Assembly (NCBI GenBank): GCA_050916045.1
Contig: CP051526.1
Span: 2,528,001-2,592,000, forward strand
Reading direction: 5' to 3'
DNA length: 64,000 bases
Source of the DNA: Tepidisphaera sp.
GTDB taxonomy: Bacteria > Planctomycetota > Phycisphaerae > Phycisphaerales > UBA1924
The notes beneath the pieces were generated by a model. That model was not told the origin of the DNA. It did no database searches and worked only from the letters and a program-made list of their open reading frames with translations. How positions within the stretch are numbered: position 1 is the stretch's first letter; the number at the start of each line of letters is the position of its first letter. Below, piece by piece: positions 1 through 9,662 of this stretch. The translations under genes were made by a program, and so were the position numbers.

Positions 1-1
1 C

Positions 2-1927
2 CGAAAGACCGGCGGCGAGATCACGTCCACCCACGAGGTCGAAGCTCTCATCCTCGAATGGCAGGTCGACGGCCCGGCCAAGGTCTGCTTCCGCATCGCG
101 AGCAACCTCGCCGCTCAGCGACGCTCGATCCGCGAGTACAACGAGAACGTACGAAGCTCGGGCATCGGCATCGGCAAGGACCTCGGCGAACCCGAAGACC
201 TTCGCCTCGGCGCCGACACCGAGAAAGTCCGCCTCGCCACCGCCCTCGCCGCCGAAGGCGAGCAGTACGCCCAGATGGCCAAGGACTCCATCACGGACAT
301 GGCCCGCTCCGTCGAGTTCCGCGAGAAGATGGCCACCGACGACACCAAGCGACCCCTCGGCGTCACCCGCGAAGACGCGATGTCCGCCGCCAAAGCCGCC
401 CTGATGGATCTTCAGTTCTGGCGCGTCATCGCCAACCTCGAAATCGAAAAGGTTGAGCCCGATCTCGTGAAGTTCGCCGACGGAGTCGTCGACGCCGATC
501 TCCCCGGTCCCGAAATCGTCCGCGCTCTACTCAAGCTCCGACAGGGCGATGCTCCCGCCGCCGTCACTGTCTTCGACGCCATGATGGACACCCTCCAGAA
601 GGGATCCAACATCTACTACACCGCCGCTTACTGCCGCGGAATGGCTCTCGAAGGCGTCGGACGCAAGGATGACGCGATCGAGGTCTATCGCGTCGTGCAA
701 GCCGGCCTCCCCCTGCGACCCGTCGGCGCCATGGCCCGCTTCCGCATCGAGAAGCTCACCGGCGTCCGCGACCCCTTCAGCCCCTTCCGGCCCGCCGTCA
801 CCGCCATCGCCGACGGAATCCCCGCCTGGGTTGACGCGATGGTCGAACAGCCCAAGTCTTTCATGTCCGTGCTCGGCGAAAGCCAAAGCTCCGCCGCCTT
901 CGGCGATGATTCCCCCGTCATCATCTCCATCCGCAACATCGCCCAGATCCCCATCGCCGTCGGAAGCGACAAACCCATCAACAGCCGCTTCATGCTCGCG
1001 CCCACCCTCGTCGGCCGCGCCTCCCGCCTCGCGGCGCTCGTGCGTCCCGAGGTCGTCGAAGCCGACCGCGTCCTCCGCCTCATGCCCCGCGAAACCCTCC
1101 GTGTCCCGGTCCACCCCGATCTCGGATACGCCGGACTCGTCCTCGACCTCACCTGCGACGCCCAAGCACGCGTCAAGTGGCGGCTGATCCAGGGATTCAC
1201 CCCCTCCGCCACCGGCAACTTCGTCGCCGGCCCCCTCTCGCTCGCTTCCGAATCTCCGCCCGTCACCCGCAACCCCCTTCCCGAAGCTCATCTCCCCGTC
1301 GAACAGCTCATCGCCAACCTCGGCGTGCAGTCCGGCGATGAACTCTTCCGTTCGCTCATCGCCGCCCGCCAGAAGCTTTGGGCGTACGTAGTGTCCCAGG
1401 ACATCCTCACGGCCGGTTCCGTCTCGACCGACAAGGACAAGAAGGACAAGCCCACCACCCCCACCACTCCCAGCCCCTCCGGCACTCCGAGCACCCCGGC
1501 ATCTCCGAAGTCCTCGCCCGCCGAATCGGCTCCCACGCCCCCCGCCGCGACCGACCCCCAAGCGGGTGATCGCGTGCGGATCGTCGCGGCTCTCGCGGCC
1601 CGCTTGCCATCGCTTCCTGCGATGCAGCGTGTCCTGATCGCATCGATGATGCCCCACGCCGGCCAGATCGCGGAAATGGCGCCGCTCGACGCCGCTCTCC
1701 TCGCCGACACCGATCCAAGCGTGCAGATCATGGCTCTGCTCACCAGAGTGAAGAAAGCCGACGACCCCGCGCTCGTCGCGGCGACCAAGTCGACCGACCC
1801 TCGCCTCTCCGAGCTCGCTTCGCTGCTCTCCACCCGCCTCGCGACCGAGACGATGTGCTACGCCAAGCTCGCCCCCGGACTCGCCGCCATCCGCGGCGAT
1901 ATCGAGGTCGCTCCCAGTGAGCCCTGA
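2..1927 (+). CDS. Hypothetical TPR-like protein, 5'-partial
   Basis: The frame is open from base 2 into ORF 275..1927. It has a TPR-like segment (AAYCRGMALEGVGRKDDAIEVY), a Pro/Ser/Thr-rich linker and host-like codon usage. Confidence 0.7.
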   Translation, partial: RKTGGEITSTHEVEALILEWQVDGPAKVCFRIASNLAAQRRSIREYNENVRSSGIGIGKDLGEPEDLRLGADTEKVRLATALAAEGEQYAQMAKDSITDMARSVEFREKMATDDTKRPLGVTREDAMSAAKAALMDLQFWRVIANLEIEKVEPDLVKFADGVVDADLPGPEIVRALLKLRQGDAPAAVTVFDAMMDTLQKGSNIYYTAAYCRGMALEGVGRKDDAIEVYRVVQAGLPLRPVGAMARFRIEKLTGVRDPFSPFRPAVTAIADGIPAWVDAMVEQPKSFMSVLGESQSSAAFGDDSPVIISIRNIAQIPIAVGSDKPINSRFMLAPTLVGRASRLAALVRPEVVEADRVLRLMPRETLRVPVHPDLGYAGLVLDLTCDAQARVKWRLIQGFTPSATGNFVAGPLSLASESPPVTRNPLPEAHLPVEQLIANLGVQSGDELFRSLIAARQKLWAYVVSQDILTAGSVSTDKDKKDKPTTPTTPSPSGTPSTPASPKSSPAESAPTPPAATDPQAGDRVRIVAALAARLPSLPAMQRVLIASMMPHAGQIAEMAPLDAALLADTDPSVQIMALLTRVKKADDPALVAATKSTDPRLSELASLLSTRLATETMCYAKLAPGLAAIRGDIEVAPSEP

Positions 1928-2873
1928 GACCCAAGCCGCGATCACGCCGCAGCAGCCCGTTCAACCCGCCGCCCCGCGGCGCAGAGCCTGGATCGGATTC
2001 GCCGTCGGCGTCCTCCTCCTCGGCGGTGCGATCGTCGCCCTCGTCACCCAGCGTGAAGCCGTCGACCGCGCCTGGACCAGCTTGAAAGGCGCCCATCCGC
2101 TCGCCTTCATCCTGCTGGTCACGCTCCCGCTCGTCAACTGGATCCTCTCCGCAGAATCCTTTCTCGCCCTAACCCGCCGGTTCGCCCCCATCCCGCGAGC
2201 CGACATGACCGCCCTCATCGGCTCGGCCTGGCTCTTGAACTACCTCCCACTCCGGCCCGGCCTTTTCGGTCGCGTCGCGTTCCACAAAGCCGTGCACGGC
2301 GTTCGCGTCCGCGACTCCGCCCGCGTCATCCTCGATTCGATCATCGCAACCGCGATCGCGCTCCTCGCGCTCGGCGGTGCGGCTCTGCTCGCCCGGTCGA
2401 TCGGCCCGGCTCCGCTCTTCGCGATGCTCGTCTTCGCGCCCGGCCTGGTGCTTTCGACCAGATTCGCCGGCGAAGAGCGCGGCGCCCCCGCCGTCCGCGC
2501 GTTCATCGGCGTCGTCGGCCTCAAGATCCTCGACGGCTTCGCATGGACCGCACGCTACATGCTCGCGTTCCAGCTCGCGGGCAGCCCCATCGGCATGAGC
2601 GAAGCCGTCGCCGTCGCCGTCGTCGCGCAAGCCGCGATGCTCATCCCTCTCGCCGGCAACGGCCTTGGCGTGCGCGAATGGGCCGTCGGCCTCCTCGCGG
2701 CTTCGCTCCCCGCGTGGTACGCCTCCGAGACCACGCCCGGCACCATGGGCCTGGGCCTCGCCGCCGATCTCGCCTGCCGCGCGGGCGAGATCCTCGCCGC
2801 AATCCCCGCCGGCCTGCTCTGCACGTGGTACGTCTCGCGCAGACTGACCCGATTCACAAGGCCGCAACCCTGA
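1917..2873 (+). CDS. Lysylphosphatidylglycerol synthase TM / flippase-like membrane protein
   Basis: Multiple hydrophobic helices with motifs LLNYLPLRPG and IPLAGNGLGVREW. The GTG start overlaps the upstream gene. Confidence 0.7.
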   Translation: MSPETQAAITPQQPVQPAAPRRRAWIGFAVGVLLLGGAIVALVTQREAVDRAWTSLKGAHPLAFILLVTLPLVNWILSAESFLALTRRFAPIPRADMTALIGSAWLLNYLPLRPGLFGRVAFHKAVHGVRVRDSARVILDSIIATAIALLALGGAALLARSIGPAPLFAMLVFAPGLVLSTRFAGEERGAPAVRAFIGVVGLKILDGFAWTARYMLAFQLAGSPIGMSEAVAVAVVAQAAMLIPLAGNGLGVREWAVGLLAASLPAWYASETTPGTMGLGLAADLACRAGEILAAIPAGLLCTWYVSRRLTRFTRPQP

Positions 2874-2954
2874 GATCTTTCCACACGCAACCACCGCCGA
2901 CACAGGCCGTTACAGCCGGTCTCCGCCGCGAAAATCCTGCAAGGTGAGGGGAAA

Positions 2955-3025
2955 TTGGGGTACTAGGATTTGAACCTAGACTAAGTGAGTCAGAGTCACT
3001 CGTGCTACCGTTACACCATACCCCA
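2955..3025 (-). tRNA. tRNA-Gln (CTG)
   Basis: Reverse complement reads TGGGGTATGGTGTAACGGTAGCACG-AGTGA CT CTG AC TCACT-TAGTCTAGGTTCAAATCCTAG-TACCCCAA. CCA is not encoded. Confidence 0.95.
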
Positions 3026-3147
3026 GTATGGTCGAGGGCAAGTGTATCGGCCCCGAGCGGGCCGGTCTAGACTCAAGCACGGCGATTTCACGCCCGCTTC
3101 AGCCATCCCCCACACCCTCAAAAACCACCACCCAAGGAGCTCCCGCG

Positions 3148-4227
3148 ATGCTCTCGCCCCTTTCCCGGAACCCCCGCACGCGTACGACCGCACGCCTCGC
3201 CACGATGGCCTCCCTTGGGCTCGCTTCCGCAGCGTTCCTCGCCGCCGGCCCCCTCTCCTGCTCCACCAACCCCGCCACCGGCTCCCTCGAGCTCAACATG
3301 CTCAGCCGCGACCAGGAGATCGCTCTCGGCGTGGAAGCCGCGCCCCAGTTCGCCCAGGAGTTCGGCGGCGGCGTCACCGATCCGGCCCTCCAGGCCTACG
3401 TCCGCCGCATCGGCGCGGACCTCGCCGCCAAGACCGAGGGCGACAACCCCTCCCTCCCGTGGGAATTCACCCTCCTCAACTCCAAGGAGATCAACGCTTT
3501 CGCCCTCCCGGGCGGCAAGATCTTCTTCACCCGCGGCCTCGCCGAACGCCTCACCTCCGAAGCCGAGATGGCCGGCGTCCTCGGCCACGAGGTCGGCCAC
3601 GTCACCGCCCGCCACGCCAACGCCGGCATGGCCCGCCAAGGCCTCACCTCCCTCGTCATCAGCGGTGCTGCGTCCGTACTGACCGACAGCGCCCAAGCCG
3701 CTCAGCAATGGCAGCAGATCGGCGAGCAGGTCGGCGGCGTCATCCTCCTGAAGTACTCCCGCGACCAGGAATCCCAAGCCGACTCCCTCGGCATGCGATA
3801 CATGGCCCGCTGCAACTACAACCCCCGCGCCCAGCGCGCCGTCATGGAGGTCCTCCAGCAAGCCATGTCCGGCGGCCGCCCGGCCGAGATCCTCTCGACC
3901 CACCCCTATCCCGAGACCCGCATCGCCCGCATCGACGAGGCTTTGCGCACCGACTACGCCTCCTTCATCGCCGCTCCCGGCCGGGCCGAGACGGACAAGC
4001 AGCACGCCGCCCGCTACGCCTCCGAGTTCCTCCCGCGGCTTCGAAGCCTGCCCGCGCCAGCCGAGCCCGCTCCCCGGGGCAACCAGGGCCAGAGCGTCGC
4101 GCCCCGCCGTCGCGCCACCCTCGACACCGAGACCGGCGCCCTCCGATTCGAACGCATCGACCTCTCCAACCCCGTCCAGTGGTGCGCCCACTGCGCGGCC
4201 GAAGCCGAAGCCGTCGCCGCACGCTGA
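3148..4227 (+). CDS. M48 family zinc metallopeptidase, probable lipoprotein
   Basis: INAFALPGG, HEVGH, YSRDQESQAD and LSTHP motifs. AAGGAG RBS precedes ATG 3148; LSC lipobox-like signal. Confidence 0.9.
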   Translation: MLSPLSRNPRTRTTARLATMASLGLASAAFLAAGPLSCSTNPATGSLELNMLSRDQEIALGVEAAPQFAQEFGGGVTDPALQAYVRRIGADLAAKTEGDNPSLPWEFTLLNSKEINAFALPGGKIFFTRGLAERLTSEAEMAGVLGHEVGHVTARHANAGMARQGLTSLVISGAASVLTDSAQAAQQWQQIGEQVGGVILLKYSRDQESQADSLGMRYMARCNYNPRAQRAVMEVLQQAMSGGRPAEILSTHPYPETRIARIDEALRTDYASFIAAPGRAETDKQHAARYASEFLPRLRSLPAPAEPAPRGNQGQSVAPRRRATLDTETGALRFERIDLSNPVQWCAHCAAEAEAVAAR

Positions 4228-4344
4228 CCGATCGCAGGACGTCCCCGGACCCGCACGCGAATCTGCCCCTGAAATCGGACGTTCGCTCCGGCGTTATACT
4301 GCGCCGAACCTCTAGGTTCGAGGGTCGATTTTCAAGGAGTTTCC

Positions 4345-4950
4345 ATGTCGAAGGTCACCGGTCTTTCTCGCCTCAGCGCCGTCCTCGGGCTCGCCGCCCT
4401 TTCCACGGGCTCGCTCTTCATGATGGCCGCTCAGCCGGCGGACAAGCCCGCCGACCGTCCCGCGCCCCGCGAAGGTCAGCCCGCCGGCCAGCCGGGCGGC
4501 GGTCAGCCCGGTGAGCGCGGCCCCGGCCGCGGCGGCCCGCGTGGCGGCGGCGGTGGCGCCGAGTTCGCCAACGTCGAACAGGCGATGAAAGCCATCAACG
4601 GCGGCTACCGCGAACTCAAGCGGAACGTCGCCGACACCACCAAGAAGACCTCCAACCTCGCCGCCGTCGCCCAGATGCAGCGGGGCTGCCTCTTCAGCAA
4701 GAACAACACCCCCAACCACCTCAAGGGCGGAGAGAAGTCCCTCGAAGACTACCGCCGCGCCCAGATCTCCCTGATGCGCATGCTCCTCGACCTTGAGACC
4801 CAGATCCTCGACGGCAAGACCGACGACGCCACCAAGTCCCTCGAAGCCATCCACGAGTTCGAGGAATCTCAGCACGCCAAGTTCATCGAAGAAAACAAGC
4901 CGGCCGACAAGCCCGCCGGCGACAAGCCCGCTCCCGAAACCAAGCGGTAA
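4345..4950 (+). CDS. Secreted cytochrome b562-like four-helix-bundle protein
   Basis: Signal peptide and Gly/Pro linker, then EQAMKAIN...DYRR...DGKTDDA...QHAKF, which matches the b562 pattern of an N-terminal Met and C-terminal His haem ligand. AAGGAG RBS. Confidence 0.65.
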   Translation: MSKVTGLSRLSAVLGLAALSTGSLFMMAAQPADKPADRPAPREGQPAGQPGGGQPGERGPGRGGPRGGGGGAEFANVEQAMKAINGGYRELKRNVADTTKKTSNLAAVAQMQRGCLFSKNNTPNHLKGGEKSLEDYRRAQISLMRMLLDLETQILDGKTDDATKSLEAIHEFEESQHAKFIEENKPADKPAGDKPAPETKR

Positions 4951-4987
4951 TCGGCCAACCAGCCAAGCCAATCAGCCGCTCCAAACG

Positions 4988-5025
4988 ACGCGGCCCGCGA
5001 TCACTCGCGGGCCGCGTTCATTTTT
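4988..5025 (+). terminator. Intrinsic terminator between convergent genes
   Basis: ACGCGGCCCGCGA-TCAC-TCGCGGGCCGCGT hairpin followed by TCATTTTT. Confidence 0.8.
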
Positions 5026-5078
5026 GAATCATCCACCAAGAACCGAGCCTTGGAGAATCGGGCATTGGACTCCGACCT

Positions 5079-5768
5079 TTACCGCACCCGCACAAACTCA
5101 TACCCGGTCTTTTCCGGGCCCCACACCTGCTTGCCCGCGCTGTCGTAGCCGCGGTCCCAGACGCGCAAGCCCTCCGGCGTGATCGTCGATTCGCTCACCG
5201 CGTACGACGCGCCGCGGAGCGTCGTCTGGCAGTTCGTCCCCACCGTCCCACCGCGCCACTCGATGTCCGAGGCCTTCTGCAGCGCGAGCTGGCACCCGTC
5301 CTTGAGAATCAGCGACTTGGGCGACACATCCTTCAGAAGTTCAGGCCGACGCCACGCCCCCGCGAACCGGAGCGGCTCACCGGGCAGTTCGTACACCTCC
5401 ACGACCACGATCCCGTTGGGCTGCACGAAAAGCCGGTAGATCCGCTGGCGGTACGGCTTGGTCAGCGTGCTGGCGGCCGCTTGCTCAAAGTAGATCCAGA
5501 TGCCGTCCTGCCGATCCTCCCACACCCGGACGGACTCGATCCGAACGTCGATGTGGTCCCTGCTCTCGGCGGCCTGGGCTTCGGACGTGAACGAGCCGAT
5601 CAGCATCGAAGCGACGCTTTCAACGTCCGCCCGCCGGGCCGCGGCGGCCTGGGCTTCGATCTTCTCCTCCTCGGTCAGGGTCTTGGGGATCACGATCGGT
5701 CCGCAGGACACGAGCGTCATCAGGCATCCGGCCGCCACGATCGCACTCATTCGACGATTCACACCCAT
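5079..5768 (-). CDS. CpcT/CpeT family (chromophore lyase-like) protein, probable lipoprotein
   Basis: Motifs WIYFEQA, PYRQRIY and WDRGYD...QVWG are typical of CpcT/CpeT. LVSC lipobox. Start is approximate. Confidence 0.85.
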   Translation of the reverse strand: MGVNRRMSAIVAAGCLMTLVSCGPIVIPKTLTEEEKIEAQAAAARRADVESVASMLIGSFTSEAQAAESRDHIDVRIESVRVWEDRQDGIWIYFEQAAASTLTKPYRQRIYRLFVQPNGIVVVEVYELPGEPLRFAGAWRRPELLKDVSPKSLILKDGCQLALQKASDIEWRGGTVGTNCQTTLRGASYAVSESTITPEGLRVWDRGYDSAGKQVWGPEKTGYEFVRVR

Positions 5769-5821
5769 CGCGATGCTCCATCTGGTTTCGCCCGATGGTA
5801 GCCGCGCGTGGTCCGGCGGGG

Positions 5822-7276
5822 TCACCAGGTGCTCTCGTAAAGCCTAATGAACCAGTCGTAGTCGAAGAAGTCGATGAATCCGTCGTTGTTGATGTCCGCC
5901 TGCCGAACGCCACGCTCGAACGCGTCCACGAAACCGCCGAAGTCAAAGAAATCGATGAACCCGTCACGGTTGAAGTCGAGCCTTGATCCAAGCCTCACGG
6001 ATTCCGAGACGTCGAGGAGCCCCGCTCCGAGGCCGGAGGACGAATCAAGCGGCGAACAGGCAAGCCGAAGCGCGGCTTCCGCCTGCGCGGGCGACAGTTC
6101 CGGCGCGACGCTGAGCATGAGCGCCAGCGTGGCGGCGACCTGCGGCGCGGAGTAGCTGTTGCCGTTCCCGGCGCCGTACAGACCGCCCCGCCGCGTCGTG
6201 AAGATGCTTACGGCGGGCGCGGCGAGGTCCACCGCACGACCATAGCACGAAAAGGAGGCGCGGCGATCCTGTTGGTCGGTCCCGCCCACGATGATCACGT
6301 TCGGCCAGTCGAACCCGTCTTACGAATCCCCGACGTTTTCGGCTGGCCAGACGAGGAGCGCTCCCATCTGACGCACCCATCGGCCCACGTACTCGGAGCC
6401 TTCGCTCCGCACGCCTTCATAACCCACCGACACGACCCGGGCGCCACGCGACACAGCCCAGCCGATCCCCTCGATGATGTCGCTCATGAACGCGGCGCCG
6501 CCCGGCGAGTTGCTCGCGCGGATCGGCATCACGCGGACATCCCATGTCACGCCGCAGATGCCCGCTGAGTTGTCCCCCACCGCCGCCGCGATCCCGGCCG
6601 TCTCGGTCCCGTGACCGTTCACGTCGTCCGTCAGGCCCCCGCTCGCTTCCGCGATCTGATCGACCGCGTTGAACCCCGGCACCAGCGTGCCGCGCAGGTC
6701 CGGGTGCGACTTGTCGATGCCCGTATCGACCAGGGCAAGCGTCACCTGCCGCTGCCCCACCGTCAGCCCCCACGCCGTCGGCGCCGAGGTCCTCGTCAGG
6801 TGCCACTGGCGACCGAAGTACGGGTCGTTGGGGGTTCCCGCGGGCTGGAGCAGTGCGTCGGGAATCACGAACTCGTAGTCGCCGGTCGCGAGCAGTTCCT
6901 CCCGCGTGCGGCTCGCATGCATGGGGTTGGCACAGCCGAGCACCGCGAACCCAGTCGTGGCCATCGAGCGCACCCGCATGGGATCGATCCGTCGGTGCGC
7001 ATCCACGCACCGACGCCGCGCCTCGGCGGGGCTCAGCCCGGCACGCTCGAAGTCCTCGGGCGTGCGCACCTTCGAGATCAGACGCGAGCCCGCCAGAACG
7101 CGGGCCTGCGCCGACGTCGCGTCAGGAGGCACATCCAGCGCGGGCGCGGCGTCCGCGGACCAACCGCAGACGAGCAGAAAAAACACACCGACCATGAGTC
7201 GATTTCGCAAGGGAACTCCTCGGGTTGCGCGGGGGGCCGCGGCTGGAACCGTGACGCAGTTGCTACGTCGGCTCAA
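5822..7276 (-). pseudogene. S8 subtilase with C-terminal dockerin-like domain, interrupted by an in-frame TAA at 6320-6322
   Basis: ORFs 6320..7276 (LVDTG, NGHGT) and 5822..6298 (GNSYSAP, DFNRDGFIDFFD repeats) are in the same frame. The junction reads ENVGDS*DGFDWPNVIIVG. Confidence 0.8.
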
Positions 7277-7348
7277 CCCATTCGGTTTGTGGATGTTGAC
7301 GAGAGGGGGATCTCACCCCACCCCGAGCCCAACCCCGATAACGATCAC

Positions 7349-7377
7349 ATGACTCCTGCACTTGACGCCGGTATACT
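7349..7377 (+). promoter_or_regulatory. Sigma70-like promoter for tRNA-Ile
   Basis: ATGACT-N17-TATACT about 40 nt upstream of the tRNA. Confidence 0.5.
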
Positions 7378-7419
7378 TCCGCCCCCACTCCCCGGCCGGT
7401 TGCGGCCAAGTGGACGGTT

Positions 7420-7493
7420 GGGCTTGTAGCTCAGTTGGCTAGAGCGCACCCCTGATAAGGGTGAGGTCGGCAGTTCGAGTCTGCCCAGGCCCA
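7420..7493 (+). tRNA. tRNA-Ile (GAT)
   Basis: GGGCTTGTAGCTCAGTTGGCTAGAGCG-CACCC CT GAT AA GGGTG-AGGTCGGCAGTTCGAGTCTGCC-CAGGCCCA. Confidence 0.96.
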
Positions 7494-7680
7494 TTAGACG
7501 ACCCGCACGCGAAAGTGCCGTGCCCGGTCCGCTGAATGTCGATTCCGGGGCGTCCATGACGCCCCGGTCTCGTTTGGGGACGGCTCGGGTTCCCTTGGGG
7601 AGGGGCCCGGTCGGGATCGACGGGGGACATCAGGATGAGGAGCGGCCGTCGGCGGCCGCCGACGTGGAAAGGACCGACCG

Positions 7681-7992
7681 ATGCGAATCGACGTGGTGGG
7701 AACCAATCTCGATGTCACAGAAGCCATCAAGGCCCACGCCACCGACCGGGCTTCGAAAGTCGAGAAGTTCTTCGACCGCATCCAGGCGATCACGGTCACC
7801 GTCAGCAAGAAGGACCGGCACACCCACGGCGACTTCGGAGCGGAAATGCGGGTCGACGTCGAGGGCCATGAGGACTTTGTCGGCCACGCCAGCAACGCCG
7901 ACCTCTATGCGGCGATCGACGACGCTTCCCACAAGGTCTCCCGCCAGATCCGCGAGCACAAAGAGAAGACCAAACCCGGTCATCACCACTGA
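7681..7992 (+). CDS. hpf: Ribosome hibernation factor HPF/RaiA
   Basis: MRIDVVGTNLDVTEAIK...DLYAAID...KVSRQIREHKEK. Confidence 0.9.
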   Translation: MRIDVVGTNLDVTEAIKAHATDRASKVEKFFDRIQAITVTVSKKDRHTHGDFGAEMRVDVEGHEDFVGHASNADLYAAIDDASHKVSRQIREHKEKTKPGHHH

Positions 7993-8022
7993 GGCTCACG
8001 AGACGGCGAAGGAGGATCCGCG

Positions 8023-8499
8023 GTGATGAAGTTGACGGAGATTGTCCCCAAGGGAGCGGTGGTCGCCCCGCTTGAGTCGCAGGACCGCGACGGCGCGATC
8101 AACGAGCTCATCAGCGCCCTGATCGCGTCGGGGGCGTGCGATGAATCGATGCGCGAGCCGATCCGCGGGCGCGTGCTCGAGCGGGAACGCAAGCTCTCCA
8201 CCGGCTTTGGCCGCGGCGTCGCTGTCCCGCACGCCAAGCACCCCGCGACCCAGCAGGTCTCGGCCGCGATCGGGGTCAGCCAGCGGGGCATCGACTTTGC
8301 TTCCCCGGACAAGCAGCCCGTGTACATCGTGGTCCTGCTGCTTTCCCCCGAGGAACGCCCCGAAGACCATCTGCGAGCGATGGAAGCGGTGTTCAAACAC
8401 CTGTCCAAGGACAGCTTCCGCCGCCTGCTCCGCCAAGCCCAATCGCCGGCGGAGGTCTGGGAAGTTCTTGTCTCCGCCGACGGTCAATCGCTGGTCTGA
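8023..8499 (+). CDS. PTS EIIA component (Fru/Ntr type)
   Basis: LERERKLSTGFGRGVAVPHA, containing the phospho-His. Confidence 0.92.
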   Translation: MMKLTEIVPKGAVVAPLESQDRDGAINELISALIASGACDESMREPIRGRVLERERKLSTGFGRGVAVPHAKHPATQQVSAAIGVSQRGIDFASPDKQPVYIVVLLLSPEERPEDHLRAMEAVFKHLSKDSFRRLLRQAQSPAEVWEVLVSADGQSLV

Positions 8500-8595
8500 C
8501 CGATCCCCGTCCGCCGAATCGCCGATGTCTTTCCGCTCATCCACCTTCCGCTGATCCCCGCCCGGTTGTCGTTTCGTTCAGAAGGAAAAACGTTC

Positions 8596-8871
8596 GTGTC
8601 CAACGTCTGTGAGGTCAAAGCCATCGTCGTGAACAAGCTCGGGCTCCACGCCCGGCCCGCGATGGTCTTCGTCGATCTCGCCGGAACGTTCAAAAGCGAG
8701 ATCAAGGTCCGCAAGGACGACAACGAGGTTGACGGCAAGTCGATCATGATGATGATGATGCTCGCCGCCGCCAAGGGGTCCGAGCTGATCGTGATCGCCG
8801 AAGGTCCGGACGCGGAAGCGGCCGCCGCAGCTCTCAAGAAGCTCATCGACTCGGGCTTTGACGAGGACTGA
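8596..8871 (+). CDS. HPr family phosphocarrier protein
   Basis: NKLGLHARPA and DGKSIM motifs. GTG start follows GAAGGA. Confidence 0.92.
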   Translation: MSNVCEVKAIVVNKLGLHARPAMVFVDLAGTFKSEIKVRKDDNEVDGKSIMMMMMLAAAKGSELIVIAEGPDAEAAAAALKKLIDSGFDED

Positions 8872-9102
8872 CGCAAAACCGCCAAGCCGCGCCCAAATGA
8901 GAACGAGGGCGATCCACCACGGACCGCCCCCGGGACATGACTCTTTCGCCGTCGCGCGTGCGAACACCTTCCGCCGCGAACCTGGGATTGTTCCACGGAT
9001 CCAACGAGAAACACGCCGAATTGATGCCCGAAGAGCGAGATAACGGCGAGTTCGGACGTTGAATTCGGCGGCCAGATGTTCCTGCGGTCCGAGAAGTGAC
9101 AC

Positions 9103-9513
9103 CTAACCCGTGACCCGGCTGGCCAGGGCAAGGCGATCTTCCGGTGACAAGACGCGCTCGGTGACGAGTCGATCGAGGAGGTCGTTCACCGCAGAGAGCA
9201 CCTCAGATCGCATTCCCTTCAGTTCGGCGTCGGTCACCGAAGGTCTCATCGGCCTTTCGGAGGTCGGCGAGGTCTCCCAACCCGCGGGGTTGTTGACGGC
9301 GTGCCCGCCGTGCTCGCGATCATGTTCGATTTGAGCGGTGCGCATGCGGTAGAAGCGGTGGTTGTACCCGTCGATCACCTCCAAAGCGTGACACGCTTCG
9401 CCGATCCAGAAGTCGATGTTCGCCGCATGTCCCGCGAGTTGATGACGTGGAAGACCGCGTGTGTGCTTGAGCACGTGCACCAGCGATGACACGATGTCGG
9501 AGATGTAGGACAC
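9103..9513 (-). CDS. Hypothetical protein
   Basis: 136-aa ORF with a strong GAGGAAGGAG RBS and protein-like composition. Confidence 0.65.
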   Translation of the reverse strand: MSYISDIVSSLVHVLKHTRGLPRHQLAGHAANIDFWIGEACHALEVIDGYNHRFYRMRTAQIEHDREHGGHAVNNPAGWETSPTSERPMRPSVTDAELKGMRSEVLSAVNDLLDRLVTERVLSPEDRLALASRVTG

Positions 9514-9603
9514 GCAGACTCCTTCCTCATGGAAATCGTCACCTCAATGGTGCGCGACCTCGCACTCCGCTTGACCGCGCGAGGTCGGACACGGAGACGA
9601 TAG

Positions 9604-9634
9604 AAAGCAAAAGCCCCGCTTGCGCGGGGCCTTT
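9604..9634 (-). terminator. Terminator of the ribosomal protein operon
   Basis: GCCCCGC-GCAA-GCGGGGC hairpin followed by TTTTGCTTT on the minus strand. Confidence 0.75.
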
Positions 9635-9662
9635 GTGTGAGATTGAGTTCCCAACCAGAGCT

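Noticed and set aside
8746..8760. ATG x5 (MMMMM) in HPr as a possible phase-variable repeat
   Set aside because: It is in frame and fits the normal hydrophobic helix after the regulatory Ser without a length change.
8872..9102. Small ORF 8858..9043 or sRNA after HPr
   Set aside because: No RBS, motif or clear structure.
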